Assembly (NCBI GenBank): GCA_049970495.1
Contig: JBMFMV010000062.1
Coordinates: forward strand, 1 to 10,785
DNA: 10,785 bases
From: a bacterium
GTDB lineage: Bacteria > DUMJ01
Reading direction: 5' to 3'
Below, one piece after another: positions 7,718 to 10,785 of the stretch. A program made the position numbers and the translations under genes. The stretch's first letter is position 1, and each line of letters begins with the position of its first letter. Under the pieces are notes generated by a model. It worked only from the letters and a program-made list of their open reading frames with translations, was not told the origin of the DNA and did not search any database.

Positions 7718-8092
7718 ATGCCTACTATAAATCAATTAGTTAGATTTGGAAGAGAAAAGGTAAAGACTAAAACTAAGGCTCCAGCACTACAAGGGTGCCC
7801 TCAGAAGCGAGGGGTCTGTATTCGTGTAGGAACTATGACCCCTAAGAAGCCTAATTCTGCTTTAAGAAAGATTGCTAGAGTTAGGCTTTCGAATGGGATG
7901 GAGGTAACAGCTTATATCCCGGGTATTGGGCATAATTTACAAGAACATTCAGTAGTACTTATAAGAGGGGGAAGAGTCAAGGATCTGCCAGGTATAAGGT
8001 ATCATATAATTAGAGGCACCCTAGATGCAGCAGGTGTAGAGAATAGAAGGCAAGGTCGTTCTAAATATGGAGCTAAAAAACCAAAGTCTTAG
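7718..8092 (+). CDS. rpsL: 30S ribosomal protein S12 (uS12)
   Basis: [35 protein letters not shown]. True start is ATG 7718; the ORF track's TTG at 7661 is the -35 box. Confidence 0.98.
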   Translation: MPTINQLVRFGREKVKTKTKAPALQGCPQKRGVCIRVGTMTPKKPNSALRKIARVRLSNGMEVTAYIPGIGHNLQEHSVVLIRGGRVKDLPGIRYHIIRGTLDAAGVENRRQGRSKYGAKKPKS

Positions 8093-8103
8093 GAGGGTTG
8101 TAG

Positions 8104-8574
8104 ATGCCGCGTAGGGGACCTGTACCCAAGAGAGATATACCGCCAGATTTGGTATATCAGAGTAAATTGGTAGCTAAATTTATAAATAAGGTAATGCTAA
8201 ATGGTAAAAAGACAAAGGCAGAGAAGATCGTTTATACTGCCCTGAAGAATTTAGAGGAAAGGTTAGGTAAGTCGGGAGCAGAGATTTTAGAACAAGCTAT
8301 AGAGAACGTCAGACCTTTGGTAGCGGTTCGGCCTAGAAGAGTAGGTGGTGCTACCTATCAGGTTCCTATGGAAGTAGATCCTGATAAGGGACGTTCTTTA
8401 GCTATGAAATGGATTATTGAGGCATTTAGAAGTAGAAGTGGTAAAAGTGCTATAGAAAAACTTACCGCTGAACTTTTAGATGCGTATAATAAGGTTGGAA
8501 CCGCCATAAAGAAGCGAGAGGATACTCACAAGATGGCAGAAGCTAATAGGGCATTCTCTCATTATCGATGGTAG
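8104..8574 (+). CDS. rpsG: 30S ribosomal protein S7 (uS7)
   Basis: [45 protein letters not shown] at 8091-8096. Confidence 0.98.
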   Translation: MPRRGPVPKRDIPPDLVYQSKLVAKFINKVMLNGKKTKAEKIVYTALKNLEERLGKSGAEILEQAIENVRPLVAVRPRRVGGATYQVPMEVDPDKGRSLAMKWIIEAFRSRSGKSAIEKLTAELLDAYNKVGTAIKKREDTHKMAEANRAFSHYRW

Positions 8575-8586
8575 GTGAGATTAAAT

Positions 8587-10785
<2,199 letters not shown>

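Noticed and set aside
7820..7990. Streptomycin-resistance substitutions in S12
   Set aside because: PKKPNSA and RVKDLPG are wild type.

Overview
A bacterial housekeeping region with AT-rich coding DNA and GC-rich structural RNAs, which suggests a thermophile (a Dictyoglomota-like lineage is a guess only). In order it holds: the 3' end of 23S rRNA and a 5S rRNA; a tightly coupled yebC-ruvC-ruvA-ruvB-queH-DUF2905 cluster; a convergent DEDDh exonuclease/GIY-YIG fusion gene; tRNA-Glu(CUC) with its promoter and terminator; a minus-strand radC + DUF4384/PEGA gene pair; a coiled-coil hypothetical gene; and the str operon (rpsL-rpsG-fusA-start of tuf). I see no integrase, IS, CRISPR array or clear new multi-gene system. 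The notable points are deviations within known families: RuvA lacks its acidic pin, the exonuclease's GIY-YIG domain is degenerate, RadC has a ~72-aa N-terminal extension, radC/PEGA/exonuclease may form a non-contiguous transcript across the tRNA, 5S loop A has extra bases, and fusA overlaps tuf. Family assignments come from motif recognition; no searches were run.
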